From Toensbergia leucococca (taxonomy: Eukaryota): DNA of 64,000 bases. Made by a program: the position numbers and the translations under genes. The stretch lies in NCBI GenBank assembly GCA_022813965.1, contig JALDZS010000024.1, positions 62,001-126,000 of the forward strand, in the 5' to 3' direction. Shown one piece after another: positions 26,020-39,551 of the stretch (position 1 is its first letter; each line of letters opens with the position of its first letter). The notes beneath the pieces were generated by a model. It saw only the letters and a program-made list of their open reading frames with translations. It searched no databases and was not told the DNA's origin.

Positions 26020-27598
26020 ATGAATGCCCAAGTGAGCACACAGACACATCATCCATCCACCTCGCCTGCCCTCTCTACCTCGTCGTTATACTCACAAGAT
26101 GGGAGGACTACGCAAGTTGCGCCCACAATAATAGAGGAGGCTAGCGCGTCCCCGAATGGTGCCAGCGTCGCATCAAACCCAAAGAAACCAACACTGTCAC
26201 ATCGTCTTACTCGCATGTTCTCACAAAATCCTGGAAAACCCGTGAAAGAGACTGACGTGAGCGAGACCTCGCGAGAGAAGCATATAGAAGGTAGCACGTC
26301 CGACACGGATAGTAATGGGGCATCTGCTCCATCAAAGCCAACCCCACCTTCAAGACAGTCTTCGACTTCTGATAAAGGGCCGAGTACGGTGGCCACCACC
26401 AAGAAAGACTTGAAAGATACGGACCCAAACCACAAAAGATTCGAAATTCTGCAGGATGGCGTCCACGAGCATCACCTTAAGAGCTGCAAGCGCCAAGAAA
26501 AACTATCGGTCATGCTCCGTGACATGCTCGGTGGCGGCAGGAAGAAGGATGAGCATGGCCCAAGTGAAGACCAGCAACTGTCGCTGATGTCCACCTGGGT
26601 CGATCAATTGAAGCACGAACGAGAGCGACTGGCTTCAGACAAGAAGGGCGGGCCCAACGCCAGTGCTACTTTAGTGCAAAAATACGGAAAATGCCAGGAG
26701 ATTGTCGGCCGTGGAGCCTTCGGTATTGTGAGGATATCACACAAGACCGATCCAAAGGATTCCAAAGTGGAACTTTTGTATGCCGTCAAGGAATTCCGTC
26801 GGAGGCCTCAAGAATCCCCGAAGAAATACCAAAAGCGTCTTACGGCCGAATTCTGCATCTCATCCTCCCTTCGTCATCCGAATGTAATTCACACCCTCGA
26901 CCTCCTGCAGGATGCCAAAGGAGATTACTGCGAGGTCATGGAATTCTGTGCTGGTGGAGATTTGTACACTTTGGTCTTGGCAGCCGGGAAACTCGAGGTT
27001 GCCGAGGCAGACTGTTACTTCAAGCAACTTATGTGTGGTGTCGAGTACTTGCATGAGATGGGCGTTGCTCACCGCGACCTCAAGCCCGAGAATCTACTTC
27101 TCACTACGCATGGGTCCCTCAAGATTACTGATTTCGGTAACGGGGAGTGTTTTCGTATGGCATGGGAGAAGGAGGCGCATATGACTGGTGGCCTCTGTGG
27201 CTCCGCTCCTTATATCGCTCCTGAGGAGTACGTTGACAAGGAATTTGACCCTAGAGCTGTCGATGTCTGGGCCACCGGAGTCATCTATATGGCTATGAGG
27301 ACCGGCAGACATCTGTGGCGGGTTGCGAAGAAGGATGAGGACGAGTTCTTTGAGCGGTACTTGGAGGGCAGGAGAGACGAGGATGGGTACGGACCTATTG
27401 AGTTGTTGCACAGGGTAACTTGAATCGCCTCTCGCACTTGATGGTCCTTGGCTAACATTACTGTAGGCACGCTGTCGCAACGTCATTTACTCAATTCTAG
27501 ATCCGAATCCCACACGTCGCATCACGGCCTCACAAGTACTCAAGTCGGAATGGGGTCGTGAGATCAAGGTCTGTCAGGCTGGCGAAGAAGGATTCTGA
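26020..27598 (+). CDS. SAT4: HAL-family Ser/Thr protein kinase (Sat4/Hal4-like)
   Basis: KYGKCQEIVGRGAFGIVR, RLTAEFCISSSLRHPNVI, HRDLKPEN, DFGNGECF and GSAPYIAPEE motifs; intron ~27415-27467, last exon ends AGEEGF*. Confidence 0.9.
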
Positions 27599-28280
27599 AA
27601 GAACTAGAGAGTGAGCACACTGGTGTCGACACCCATGGTTTGGTGATGTCAAGCGGTACTTCTTCGCTGGTATTGGAAGGTCTTGTGGTTCTTTGATTCG
27701 CTTGGTGTGGTTTATTTGCTTATGCATGACGTTCAAACGACTCTGCATTGTTTCATTGCTGCTTCTTTGCGATGCATACCCAACGATTCTCCCGGCATTT
27801 TGTGACCGTTGACTTTGGAAGGCGTTTAGACTAAAAGGGGTTTAGAGATAAGGGGCGGACATATCAAAGAGATCGAGATCCTACGATCGTTGCATGAAAC
27901 CTTATGTACTATGCAGGTCGAATATTATTTCATTCAGTTTACACATGAATGATAGCTACATATCTTCAACACTTCCCGCGAGATCTTCTTCAGGAATGCA
28001 GCTGAGCATCTTTATTCGGCCGACTGCCCAATGTGAAATTCTACTCATACGAGTATGAGGATGCTTGGCACAAATGCAATTGTCTTTACATCCGCGCTAG
28101 CCACATTGGGCGTATGCAGTACATGCACCCTGTGTGAGACAGTTACGACGAAGCTAGAGACGACATTTACTTAAGAATACACTCAACTGCCAAAGCTTGT
28201 GGACGCTCTAAGCTTCAAACCCGTCAATAATCCCTGCGTCATTATCTACCTACATCTACACAACACTCCCATCAGTCGAC

Positions 28281-29509
28281 ATGTCGTGGGCCGGTAAGCT
28301 CTCGCTCAGGCCATGAAACGCCCATGTCAATTGTGTTCAACGATTGACAAATCCCTCCAGGCTTCAAGAAGAATGTCAACCGCGCAACGACGCAGGTGAT
28401 GATGAAGACTGGTATGAGAACCTCATCCTAGACGGTCAACCGCGAGCACAGATGGCGGAGCTGATGGATTAGGCAGGCCATGTCGAAAAGACAAATGACC
28501 GCGACTATGAGGTTGAAGAGAGGTACGAGACCTAGGGACACTTAAAAGATAACCGCTACGATCTCTGCATCTGACTGACCTGCCATGGTGAGCAGGCGGT
28601 ACCGAAGCATGGAATCCGCCGCGAATAGACTGCAGAAGGAAGCAAAGGGCTACTTAGATTCGTTACGAGGTTCGGACTCATATAGGAAAAATTCCTCTCT
28701 AGGGAAACAAAGCTCCTGACCATACGTACCCACAGCCATGACAGCCTCGCAGATGCGCATCGCAGAAACAATCGACGCCTTCTACGGCGAAGCCGGAGCC
28801 AAAGACGGCGTCAGCAGAAGCTATAAGCAAGCCGTCGAGGACTTGGACGCTGAGACCATCAAAGCCCTAGATGGTCCATACCGGTACCTTCCCCTCGCGC
28901 CTAGCCATCGTCTTCACAAACCAAAATTCCGAACAAGAGCTAACCACCTCACTTTTTCTCCAAACAAAGAACAACAGTCCTCGAACCCATAATGCGCTTC
29001 TGCGCCTACTTTCCCGACATAAACGAATGTAATTGCTCCCCCAATCTGCATCTAACACCCCCACTTGCCCCCCTTAAAAAAAAACAAAAAAAACTAAAAA
29101 CCTCCCTCATAAAGGCATCAAAAAACGCAACCACAAACTCCTCGACTACGACGCCACCCGCGCCCGCGTCAAAAAACTAGTCGAAAAACCAGACAAAGAC
29201 GTCACCAAACTCCCCCGCGCCGAAAAAGAATCCGACCTTGCCAAATCCGCCTACGAGGTTCTGAACGAGCAGCTCTTTACCGAGTTGCCGCAATTAATCG
29301 ATTTACGGGTGCCATATCTGGACCCTAGTTTCGAGGCGCTGGTGAAGATCCAGTTGCGGTTTTGCGCCGAGGCGTACAGTCGCATGGCGCAGGTGCAGCA
29401 GTTTTTGGATGCGGACACGAGGGAGCAATACGCGCAGGGGCATTTGGATAGTCGGGTTGAGCAGGTCTTGGGGGAGATTCGGGAGCTGAGTATTGCCGGG
29501 ACGGTGTGA
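28281..29509 (+). CDS. RVS161: BAR-domain amphiphysin Rvs161/Hob3
   Basis: Spliced product MSWAGFKKNVNRATTQVMMKTGHVEKTNDRDYEVEERRY...LPQLIDLRVPYLDPSFEALVKIQ...ELSIAGTV*. Confidence 0.97.
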
Positions 29510-30007
29510 TGGGGATTGGGGGAAGTTTGGCGTTGGAAGGGGATCGGGGCTTCTTTGCTGATGTTGTTCGTGGCTGCTTTGTGACTTCCGCGCATTTTAC
29601 GTTGCATACGGTATGGGTATCCGACCATGCCACCACAGTCGAGCAAAGTTGTATCTATTTCGCACGCAATTGTAGATGTACAAGCGACCGCACCAGTAAC
29701 ACGTCAACGCTCCTGTCTGCTAATCTAAACTAATATACATCTTAGCAAGGCAGGGAGAATGGCGACGTCTATTGGAGCAGGCTCAGCTGGGGCAAATCCA
29801 ACAGCCAAAGCTATCTGCTCGTCTTCCGCAAAGCCCGTCGAGCCCGTCGAGCCCGCTACATAAGCCCTACACGACAACTGAAAGGGGAGTGGAAGAGTGA
29901 CAATCCCAGAACACAGGCCGAAACGCTGGCAAGATATACTGTACAATGATGAGATACATGCCCTTTGCTCTATGCAACGATGCCCAATTCAAAGGGATCA
30001 CTTTTCT

Positions 30008-32441
30008 TTACAGTGTAACACGCATATGGTCGCCTATTCCGAAAGACTTGCCGCAGTTGGGGCACTTGCGTGAGCGCGAGGTGAGGCGTTCGTCAACGCA
30101 GTCCTTACAGAAGACGTGTCCGCAGGTCTTGATGGCCGTGTTTTTAAAGTTGATGCGGCAGACGGTGCAAAGAGCCAAGGCCTGGATATGTATGAATCAA
30201 CACGTGAAATGGAAAAACAGATTTCAGTAGGCGAGGAAAACTCACCCTTAGCATTTCGTACTCGCCGCTCTGGTTGCCTAACCCTTTGGTCTTCCACGAT
30301 TCCAGACTCTTCTGCGTTTCGTGGAGCCGGACTTTGAGGCTCTCAATTTCGACTTCTGCCTTGCGTTGGGAACTTGACAGGACGCTTAAAGAGTTGTCCT
30401 TGGTCGCTAAGGTTTTCTTGAGTTCTTCAATCTGTGCCTTCGACCCCTCTACCGTAATGTTCCGTTCCGTGACTTGCTGCAGAGAAGCCCGATGCTGGGT
30501 AGTGATGTTGGAGAGAGACTCCTTGTTTTCGATAAGCTGCTTCTCGAGGTTGATCACCAAGGCGCGGGTCGACGCTTCAGCCTCCTTAAGCTGAGATACA
30601 ATATCCGAGCTCTTGTTGCTCTGAGCACGAAGTGTTCTAACTTCCGAATCTCTGGCTTCCTTGGCCTTCATTGCCCCAAAGTACTTTTGATCGGCTTTGA
30701 TCTTCTCGGCACTCAATCGGCTATTCTTATCTTCCAGAGCTGCAAGGTCTCCTATTTTCTGTGAGGCTTGTGCCGATGCCTTTTTGAAGGCTTTTGCCAT
30801 TGATTGAAGTTCAGTGTTCAGCATCGAGTATTGCTTCTCAAGGGTGGTATATCTGGCGTGAACATCGCCAGTCAAGGCATCATCTGCGTTCGCCCACTGG
30901 CTTGACAGACAATCCGATTGACCGGGTTGTAGACCTAGACGTTCGACTTCTGATTCTAGTACTTTCACCCGCTCTTCTCTGGCGGTAGAAAGTTCTCTGA
31001 TCTGCTCGATGGAAGCCCGTTCTTGATTTTGCGTTACTTTTCGCATGGCGAGATCAGAGATCAGTTCATCCCTGGCTGTCCGAATCCTTGCCAGATCGTT
31101 CTCGGCTGCACTCAACTGATGTTCCCTGTCGGCGATAGCTTTTTGCGACTCGTTTTCCAATTGGACACGATATGCCGTCCTTTGGGTCTGCAGCTTCTCA
31201 GCTTCTTCTCGGAGCTGAACATTTGTGGCTTCTAGGTTGTTGATTCGTTTTATGACATCCTCATGCTGGGACTTCAGATGCTTGAACAAGTCGGTCCGAG
31301 AATAATCTTCGTCGGACAAGTTAGACAATTTCGTGGTGAGGGCTGTGATCTGGCCTGTGAGCTTTTCATTCTCTCCCTCCAAAGTTTCAAGCTGCTCTTT
31401 CTGTTTTACAAACGCAGCTACAGCTTCTTTACGAGCCATTTCCACTTCTTGTATATCATCACCAGTTTCGGCCTGTCCATTGACATTGTCGCCTTGTCCA
31501 GTTCCTGAATTGTCTGCACCACTTCCGAAACCACCACCTGTTTCGCTACGGCCACCTAATGTCGCTTGTCTCTCTAGCTTCGCGATAGTCGCACTCTTCG
31601 CACGTTCATATTTTTTTTCTGCGAGCATATACCGTAGTGACGCATTCTCTAGTCTTACTTCTAGCTGCTGCTTTTCAATACTACTTTTCTCGAGCTCGAT
31701 TATGTGACCCTTTTCAGCAGCAAGCAAATGCGCAATACGCCCTTGAAGCTCGGATATTTCTGGCGAGGAAGATAATGGCCTTTTGAAAAGCTGCGAGATT
31801 GCAGAGGAAATTTCGGTTGATCTAGATCTGAGGTGGCTTTCGAATGCAGAGTTGTCTGCGGAGAGGAGATCAGATGGAAAGGTTGAGAATACGACATGAT
31901 CTTCTACGTTGCCGAACATGATTCGTACTTCGTCGAGCAACTGCGCAACAAAATCTGTTAGTATAGATTATCGCAGCGGAACCTCATGGACATCGCTTGC
32001 CTGACTAAACCAAGCATCTATAATACGCAAGTGATCATCATGATGAGTTGCGCTTTTTGTCATATCATTTAGTCGACCCTCAAGAACATTCCTCTCTCGT
32101 TTATATTCTTGCATTTGACGCCATATTGCTTCTTTCTGGAAGCGCTATAGGTAAAAAAGGAACGGTTAGTCTCTTATGACCATGTGAGACCCAGAGGTGC
32201 TGGCATGATCTGTAGCAAGTGGTAGAGAAAGGCCGGGGACTGTAATGCTTACCTCGAGATCGTCCTGCCATGGCATGTCAGCGTCAGGATGGATTTTGCC
32301 TCCACCGTTCACAGACGTGGCTTGTCTCTTGAAGGGAGGTGCAGATTCGTCATGGTCATTGGTGGCAAGTCTTTTCCTCTCCTCCATCTTCACAAGACCG
32401 GATGAAGAAAGGGAGACAGGACGACCTTCAACCAGGGTCAT
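30008..32441 (-). CDS. BRE1: E3 ubiquitin ligase Bre1 (H2B ubiquitination)
   Basis: MEERKR...PPFKRQAT N-terminus, long coiled coils with SDEDYSRTDLFK, and a C-terminal RING (CTVCR...CGHVFCKDC...RKCPNC). One GC-AG intron at 31941-32000. The start codon could alternatively be the downstream MEERKR Met. Confidence 0.93.
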
Positions 32442-32760
32442 GAGTGCCACCTGCCCTCGGGCAGAACCCGAAGAAGACACAGAGCGGAATTTAGTAAGGC
32501 AGCGAAGAATATGTTAATGGCAAGGGCATGTCGAGGGTAGGAGCCGGAAAGGTTGAGAGGACAGGAGGCAAGGGTTGTGTATGTTTAGGAGGATGATTCG
32601 AGGTTCAGTCCTTTTTTTGCACCAGCGCTAACCCTTAATCCCACTAGCGTCTTTTCACCCCACATTATTTCGATTTAGCAGTTTCACGTCACATACCTTA
32701 CTCACAGCCATCTTCAACAGACGTCCATGTGGAGACAACGGAAGTCGATCTTCGCCAGCA

Positions 32761-35016
32761 ATGTCCGCACTTGGGAGCTCGGTGATTAGTATGTGCAAGA
32801 CTTCTACATAGGTAAAGAAGCTACTGAATCCTAGTCAACTAGACAAATCTGCCAAGAAATTTGCTCCCAAAGTTCCCACTCGTCGTCCAGCAGCGCCAAG
32901 TTCGACAAACAATTCTGCCAGGGCCAGTGTTGACAGACAGCTCCACTCGCACACTCCCCAGCCTCATGATACACGGTACCATGTTACAGTCTCTCCAGCG
33001 CCCTCTATTTCACATCCTACTCCTGCCTCAACCCAACAACATGATAAGAACGCGCCTTCTCCTAATTCTCACCAAAGCACGCCTGCATCAATCCTTTTAC
33101 CCACGTCAAGAGATCATCTCCCTACCTCCTCATCCAAGCCTGCATCATCCACCCCTCCGCAGATTATACCCCTCAAACGCACCTTCCAGTCACAATCCTC
33201 TGAAACCACTCAATTATCAGCTGAGGATGCTCGGAGAATTGAACCGCCGGTGGATATGCAGCATCGCTCCAGAGAAGCTACAAATAGACCCAATGTCACA
33301 GTACCGAGTGCCGAAGACTCTCTCGAACCACCTGCAACTCAGCTGAATAACGCGTCATTCCCGGCACCAGCCAATCAACTTAGTGAACCAAGCACCGCAA
33401 GCTCCGGAGCTGAGCACAGTCATAGCGAGCAGCCAATAGCTAAACATCAGAGGTTAGATGAAAGTCCGCAGAGCAGAACCACGGACATAATCCTTACCGC
33501 CAACGTCAATGCTCCGAGTTCTGCGCCAATTACAAACAGCAATGAGGTGAATGAGCCATTACCTACGACAGAGGCCGAGGAGGCTGTGGGCCAGGGGGTC
33601 GGTGCTGCTGCGGTGGATGCCATTCCTCCGAAGCAGCCTGCGAGGACAAATCAGCACAGCACAACCACCAACGCGAAGAGTAAGCGACGAACTAATGCCG
33701 CGGCGGCCGCTTCCGATACAGGCGCTGTCCAAGCATCATCAGACCAAGTAAAGAAGGACGGTCAGCCTATAAAACAAAAGAGGCAGCAGAAGAAATCGTC
33801 GAAGGCAAAGGGCAAGCAACGCGTTGAGGATGTGGCAGCTGAGATCGTAGCAGATGCTACAGGGAAACCATCCGGCAGAGAGAAAACGGGTCGTCGCAAA
33901 AGGATCGCCACTCCAGAAAATGCGGAAACAGTTGTAATTGCGCCTTCTGTAGTCACCATGGCGGATCTCTGCAGAGACTCTCATACAGGAAGAAAGTCTA
34001 CACGTGAGAGGGAACTGGTAGAAATTGATCGGACGGAGAATATACGAAAGAAACAAAAAAAGCAGCAGGCCAAAGCTGTTGAAGGACGCTCTTCTCAAAA
34101 CCCAGTTGATAACATATTGGAGAGGGCAAAACTGGCACCTAGCAGCACAGGGCGTGAAGGGGTACTAGAGCCAGAGTCGGAATCCCAAACTGGGCGGGAA
34201 GCGGATTCAGAGCAAAGAACAGCACAGGTAGTCCCAAATACTGTCATTGTGAATGGGCGAATTCAGATCGACGAAAGCTCCTTGCAGATTGATCGTCACG
34301 CCAACGCTGAAGCGGAGCGAAATGCGGAGCACATAGAGGAGGTTGAGGAGAACGAGTTTACTCGGCGTGTCAATTCAGGCTCATGGATGAAGCGAGAAAA
34401 ACGCGGAGCATGGAATGAAGAAGCTACTGATTTGTTCTACGATGGCTTGCGTATGTTTGGCACTGATTTCGAGATGATCGCTAAGATGTTCCCTAATAAA
34501 ACAAGGCGGCAAATCAAGCTCAAGTTCTGCAATGAGGAGAGAGAGGACAAGCAAAAAATCAAGGAGACGTTGCTTGGCGAGAGAATCGCAGTAGATATGG
34601 CCGAGTTCTCCATTATCTCGAATACTGTGTTCAAAGACCCCAAGGAGTTGGAAAGAGAATTGGCCGAAGACAGGAGGGTACTGGAAGCAGAGCAGGCCCT
34701 CGAAAAACAAGCTATGGATGATGCACTGCGCCAAAGAGCTGAAGAAGCCGCAGCCGAGGCTGCTGCAGTCGAAGACGGCACAGCTGCGGGTGGCGATTCC
34801 TCCGCAAAGGAGAACCAGATGGGTTCATTGGCTGCTAAGGGTTCGAGAGGCACCGCAGTTGATGAGAAAGCTAGAGGAAAGGCGAAGAGTCTTCAGCGGA
34901 AGAAGGCGGAGAAGATGCGTAGGAAGAACGCTGCTGGAGGTGGAGAGGTAGAGGTGCTGGGGACGATTGCTGAAGTCGCGCTTCAGGAGAGAGCGGGGGC
35001 TTCGGTGCCTAGTTGA
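32761..35016 (+). CDS. BDP1: RNA polymerase III transcription factor TFIIIB subunit Bdp1 (B'')
   Basis: First exon MSALGSSVI, intron, then KSAKKFAPK. SANT domain WNEEATDLFYDGLRMFGTDFEMIAKMFPNKTRRQIKLKF and the IVNGRIQIDESSL motif. Confidence 0.92.
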
Positions 35017-35667
35017 GGTCTTTGTGTGTGCTTTTGCGGGAGCGCTGAGGGAGATGGATGGTTGAAACTTCAGCCGATGAGATATACCCTGCTGTTGCTA
35101 TTTTATTTAGATCATCAATAGATGCACATGTTGCCTTTTTTACAACACTGAATCTGGTGCTAGATCATCCCGCGTTGACTGAATGAATCCGTATTGAGGA
35201 TGTACAGCTTCCCTCCTTTCCTTCAAGGCTGGACTGGGATGCTTTCAACATTTTCATGGCTTGCTCCCTGGGGGCTGTCCTCTTTAATCCGAGATTTTGA
35301 GAATTCCAGAACGGTTCGCTGCCGGCGCCAAACAGTTTCTCTATCTAATGAAGATAATCAGTACGTCCAGGATTCTCCAGTAGGCTCTCATCCACCATCT
35401 TATCTATTCCGGGACGACTGGTGGCCTGGGTTGTCTCAGAGGAGAGACCAGGTTTGAGATAGCTGAATAAGGACCTTCAGATGTACCAGATCAATGCATA
35501 AACATAACAAGCATGCCGAAATACCTTTCCTAATTCAACCCGATGGCGATCCAAGACGCCATTCACAATGCCCCAATCCCTATCCGTACAAATCAAGCCC
35601 CTCCTTTGCCCAGCACAAAATTCTCAAGCCCCCTTAGGATTCCCCGCAAAAACGCCAGACAGTTTAC

Positions 35668-36705
35668 TTACCTTCGACTCGTCGAACCAAAGCCCGAGCT
35701 CTCATGCCTAGCGCCAGAAAAGGAATTGCCCGACGACCCCGACGACCCCGACGACCTGGTCCTGGTACTCGAACTTCCCTCTCCGTTATTACCCAGATTC
35801 CACATTCTATTAGTTTGTCCAGTCGGCCGCGATTCTTGCGGTCTGGGTTGTTGGGTCTGGCCCCTGTTGCCGGCTAGGTAGGCTGCTGCGGCACCGCCTG
35901 CTGCGCCGGTCCAGAAGCCGGGTCGCCAGCCTTGAGTATTAGCTGCGGGGGGTGCGCCTGCTGCTGATGTTGAGGGACTGGGCTTGGGAGATGAGTGGTA
36001 GTCGTACGGAGGTGGGGGGTCGTCTCCGTCATTTCCCCCGCCGCCCCCTCCACCCCATCCGAGTGCGTTGTTGCCTCCTCCAGCCCTGTTAGGGTGATTT
36101 CGAAAGAAAGCCGAGTAGATCATCCACGCCACCACGGAGAGAAAGATGCCCCAGAAGATGACGGCGGATCCGCTAATCGGGCCCTTGTAATTATCGCTCT
36201 CAACCACATTTTCTCCTTTACGACCATATTTTTCCTCCCCAATGTTTGTGAGCACGAGCCTGTATTCTACGCCACAGCTTCCTTTCAGTACGTAGGGATC
36301 ATCCGATGAATTGTAGCCCTCGCAGATGACGTCCGTGGAGCCGAGCTTGAATTCCGAGGGAAGCGATGCCGTACAAGTCCACTGCACGTTCTCGTCTTCA
36401 TAGTCAGATCCTTGATTCTTGCAGCGCATGACATCGACTTCGTAGAGCCCCTTGGCACTGCCGCCTGTGCATTTAAGCTACAGGGGAGAGATTAGTAAAT
36501 GATATCAACATCGATCTTCGGGGTAATGTCTAACTTGAGGAACGGCGCCAACACGACGGTGGGATGTTTTGAGATCTTTGCGCAGGGTGAGGGTTTTGAC
36601 ATTTGAGAGCAGTACGCTGTCGCTCGATTTGCGCGCTGCTTCGATATTCGAGAAGTGAGTTGACAGGATGAGAAGAGCAAGGTAAAAACAACTGAGAGAA
36701 GGCAT
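35668..36705 (-). CDS. Store-operated calcium entry-associated regulatory factor (SARAF/TMEM66, DUF1183)
   Basis: Signal peptide; VLLSNVKTLTL...RRVGAVPQLKC.GG...MRCKNQG...VQWTC...CEGY...YVLKGSCGVEYRL; single TM; PPPPY; GFWTG; ends GFGSTSRR. Confidence 0.92.
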
Positions 36706-36851
36706 GATCTTGGCTCTGGGGTGGAGCTGTTCCTTGTAGAATGATAATCTGCAGGCGCTACAACATTTAATCTGCGGCGTGATGGCACTCAGCCCTATGG
36801 CTGCAATACAGCCCCAAAGCTTCATGCACGGGGTACAAAGAGCTTACAACA

Positions 36852-38579
36852 ATGAAGGAGCGCATTACTTTCGTTCATAAACCAAATGATGCTTTCGATC
36901 CAGATCAGCTTCGCCTCGACAACGACGCTCTGGTCGTCAAGTCTTTGAAAGCAGCTCGAGAAGATCGAATTACCTTGAGTCCGCACGAGCTTCCACAGGA
37001 GGTAGGTACCTCATAAAGTCCGTGTCATTGAACAGCCTTGCTAAGTAGACAAGTAGGTATGGCGGATGCTGAAACAATGCCACGAGCTACACATACGCTG
37101 GGTCTCCCTTACGACTTATGATGCAGTTGCCCCCTTTGTCTCGAGGGCTTCTTCGGGCTTGCACATTTTCTTCACTCCCCAAAGGAATCGTTCCGCGTAC
37201 ACAACCAAGACCCTGACACTAGAACAAAAGACCTATACTGAGCCTTCGAAGTGATCTTCTTTGCCCTTTGCTGCTCAAAGTCTTTGGTGAGCACTTGAAG
37301 TGTGAATCTCCTGAGGTATGCCGTCCTCATTTTATATATCACTATAAGACAAAGGATCTAAAATGAATAGAAAACCTTCACTGGTCTTCCAGTGACTTCT
37401 GAACGTTTTGCTTCCTCGGCCGCATTTCAATACCACCAGCTTCTACCCTCCTTGACAAACCTTATCATCTATATACAACAAAAGATATGTCCGCCTTTAG
37501 ATAAGACTTGCCATGCCAAAGCAACCGCTCTCAGCTCCGCAAACCATGTCGATATCGACTACGATGCAATATCCCAAGCCTTTGTCCTACGCGCCTTCTT
37601 CCAACAAGCTCCAGGTTCAGACGTTTGGGATGAACGTATTCAAAGTCTCGGAGAAGCAGCCGCTGTAGAAGTGGGCGTGCTTGCAAACGAGAGCCCCACC
37701 AAGCCAGAAGAGCTGTCGCTTGGGGGCTTCCTCACTATACTTGGGGAAGACACCAAGCCAAGTATGCTATTCTTGTCATCGAATCTTGTCCCTTCTAATG
37801 GCCTGTTTCCAGATCCCACACTGTTCTCCTTCCCCTCGCGCCATCATCTCGTTACCTCCACCTTCAGTAGTACTTACCTCACCACTTTCGTCTCGCCTAC
37901 TGGTCTTCACCCTACCCTCCGCCTCACATTCCCTGTCCCTGCGAAACCCCCCTCTCCAAGTTGCGCTCTCCTTACTTACCTGATACTCCCCTCCGGTCTA
38001 TTCCCTGATAAATACCAACTTTCCTCGCCACTATTTCTTGCCTCTAAAAACCTGCGCGCTATTCGATCTCTTTCTGGAGAAACCGATCTCGAAGCCCCAG
38101 ATTGGGTTATTGAGAAATGGGGCTCAAGCTTACTTATCGAACTTGCTCCCCCTAAGGGCCATGCCAATGCTGCAAAGCCTGTTTCCTGGAATGCCGACAT
38201 TCCTCTCCATATGCGATACCTCCCTCCATCTGCTGGAGGCTCTTCGGAGGTGCAACTTCCCTGGCCTACTGTTTTTTGGGCGTGTACGGCAGAAGAGGGG
38301 ACTAAAATGAATGTGAATCCCTTCGATCGAGTTAATCTGGGGTACGATGGGCTCTTTGGGCCGAGAACAATGTTCTATCATTTAGAGCCGGATGCAGGAG
38401 CTACAGGTTTGGTAGAGAGCTTAGCGGTACCCGTTCTAGATCTAGATAGGGCGACCTGGGTTGAGGAAGTGACGGTGGGAGTAGTGACCTTGGGTGTGGT
38501 TTGGGTGGCATGGAAATTGTTTGAAGTGGGTCTGAAGGACTGGAGGAATGGAAAGGACAGTCAGAAAAAGAGACAATAG
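36852..38579 (+). CDS. PBN1: GPI mannosyltransferase I accessory subunit Pbn1/PIG-X
   Basis: MKERITFVH start; PTGLHPTL, FPDKYQL, GETDLEAPDW...WGS, IPLHMRY, PWPTVFWAC and NPFDR motifs; C-terminal TM; four introns. Confidence 0.92.
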
Positions 38580-38905
38580 TATATTTATTTTGATAGTCTT
38601 CTTGTTGCTCCTAGGCTAAAGATACTTCGGACTGTGCACGTTTCCATCGTCTTAAACTCTGTTGATTCTTGAGATACTTGCCTTCAGTAGTTGCGTCTGG
38701 TAGGTTTTGATGCCGAGCTGCTAGAAAGTTAACAAGAGTCCAATCCGTCATATCCCAACGGACTCACCTCGGAGATATTAATCTGGGCCACGACTAAGTA
38801 GGCAGCGGTGCACCTTTGTGACTTTCCCGCTCCCGTCAATCACAATTCTGCGAGCGCCTGCCCCTGAGCACTCGTGTTCTTGCTGAACCGGTCATTCATC
38901 ACTCA

Positions 38906-39551
38906 TCAGTCCTCTGGCTCCACTCCAAACTCCTCGTAGACATCCTTGATCCGAAGCCCCCGGCTCTCAGCAATCATACCCATTAGCCCCATACCGATAT
39001 CACGGATCTCGTTGTAGGTAGTCAAAAGGTTGATGTGCTTCCGGACGGTGAGATGGGGCGTGGTAGTCCTATTTTTGGGAAAATGGGTGGTAAGTGAAAG
39101 GAGGGAGGATGGAAAGTAGGTATTAAGAGAGATCAAGAGGGAGATAGCAGATGAGATTCATGTGCAAAGTAATGGAAAATCATGCATTGAGTCTATTTTC
39201 TCTTCGTCTTCGAATTGTATTGCGTACGCTTGATAAAGAAAAATGAGAGGAAATGATGTTTTAAATAGAGGTCATTATGGGTTGCGAGTGGCTCACTTCA
39301 ATTGCAAGCGCAACTCTTCTCTCTTGGCCTCAAGTTCGCTAATCTGAGACTCGAGGACAGCGATCTTGGCTTGGAGATTCGCCTGGTAATGGCGGTATTA
39401 GAAATTGCCATGTCCTTGGGATGGGACACGCTGGACTTACAGCTTTCTTGGCATCAGGAGTGGCTGCTTGAAATGGCGGGGAGACGGGTTGTGGGGATGA
39501 GTTCACATTTGCTATGTTTGGGGACGAAGATTGAGTGGGGAAAGGAGGCAT
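38906..39551 (-). CDS. SWI5: Recombination mediator Swi5/Sae3 family protein
   Basis: Three exons: MPPFPTQ...AKKA | ANLQAKIAVLESQISELE...LK | TTTPHLTVRKHINLLTTYNEIRDIGMGLMGMIAESRG. The H..LL..YNEIRD.G..L.G motif is the Swi5/Sae3 signature (S. pombe swi5 sense). Confidence 0.85.

Noticed and set aside
29832..29856. 9-bp tandem repeat AGCCCGTCG (similar 9-bp repeats at ~10274 and ~35730)
   Set aside because: Short slippage repeats; two merely encode low-complexity linkers.
32628..32642. Telomere-like CTAACCCT motif in the BRE1/BDP1 promoter (also ~12386)
   Set aside because: Single copies, expected by chance; not an interstitial telomere array.
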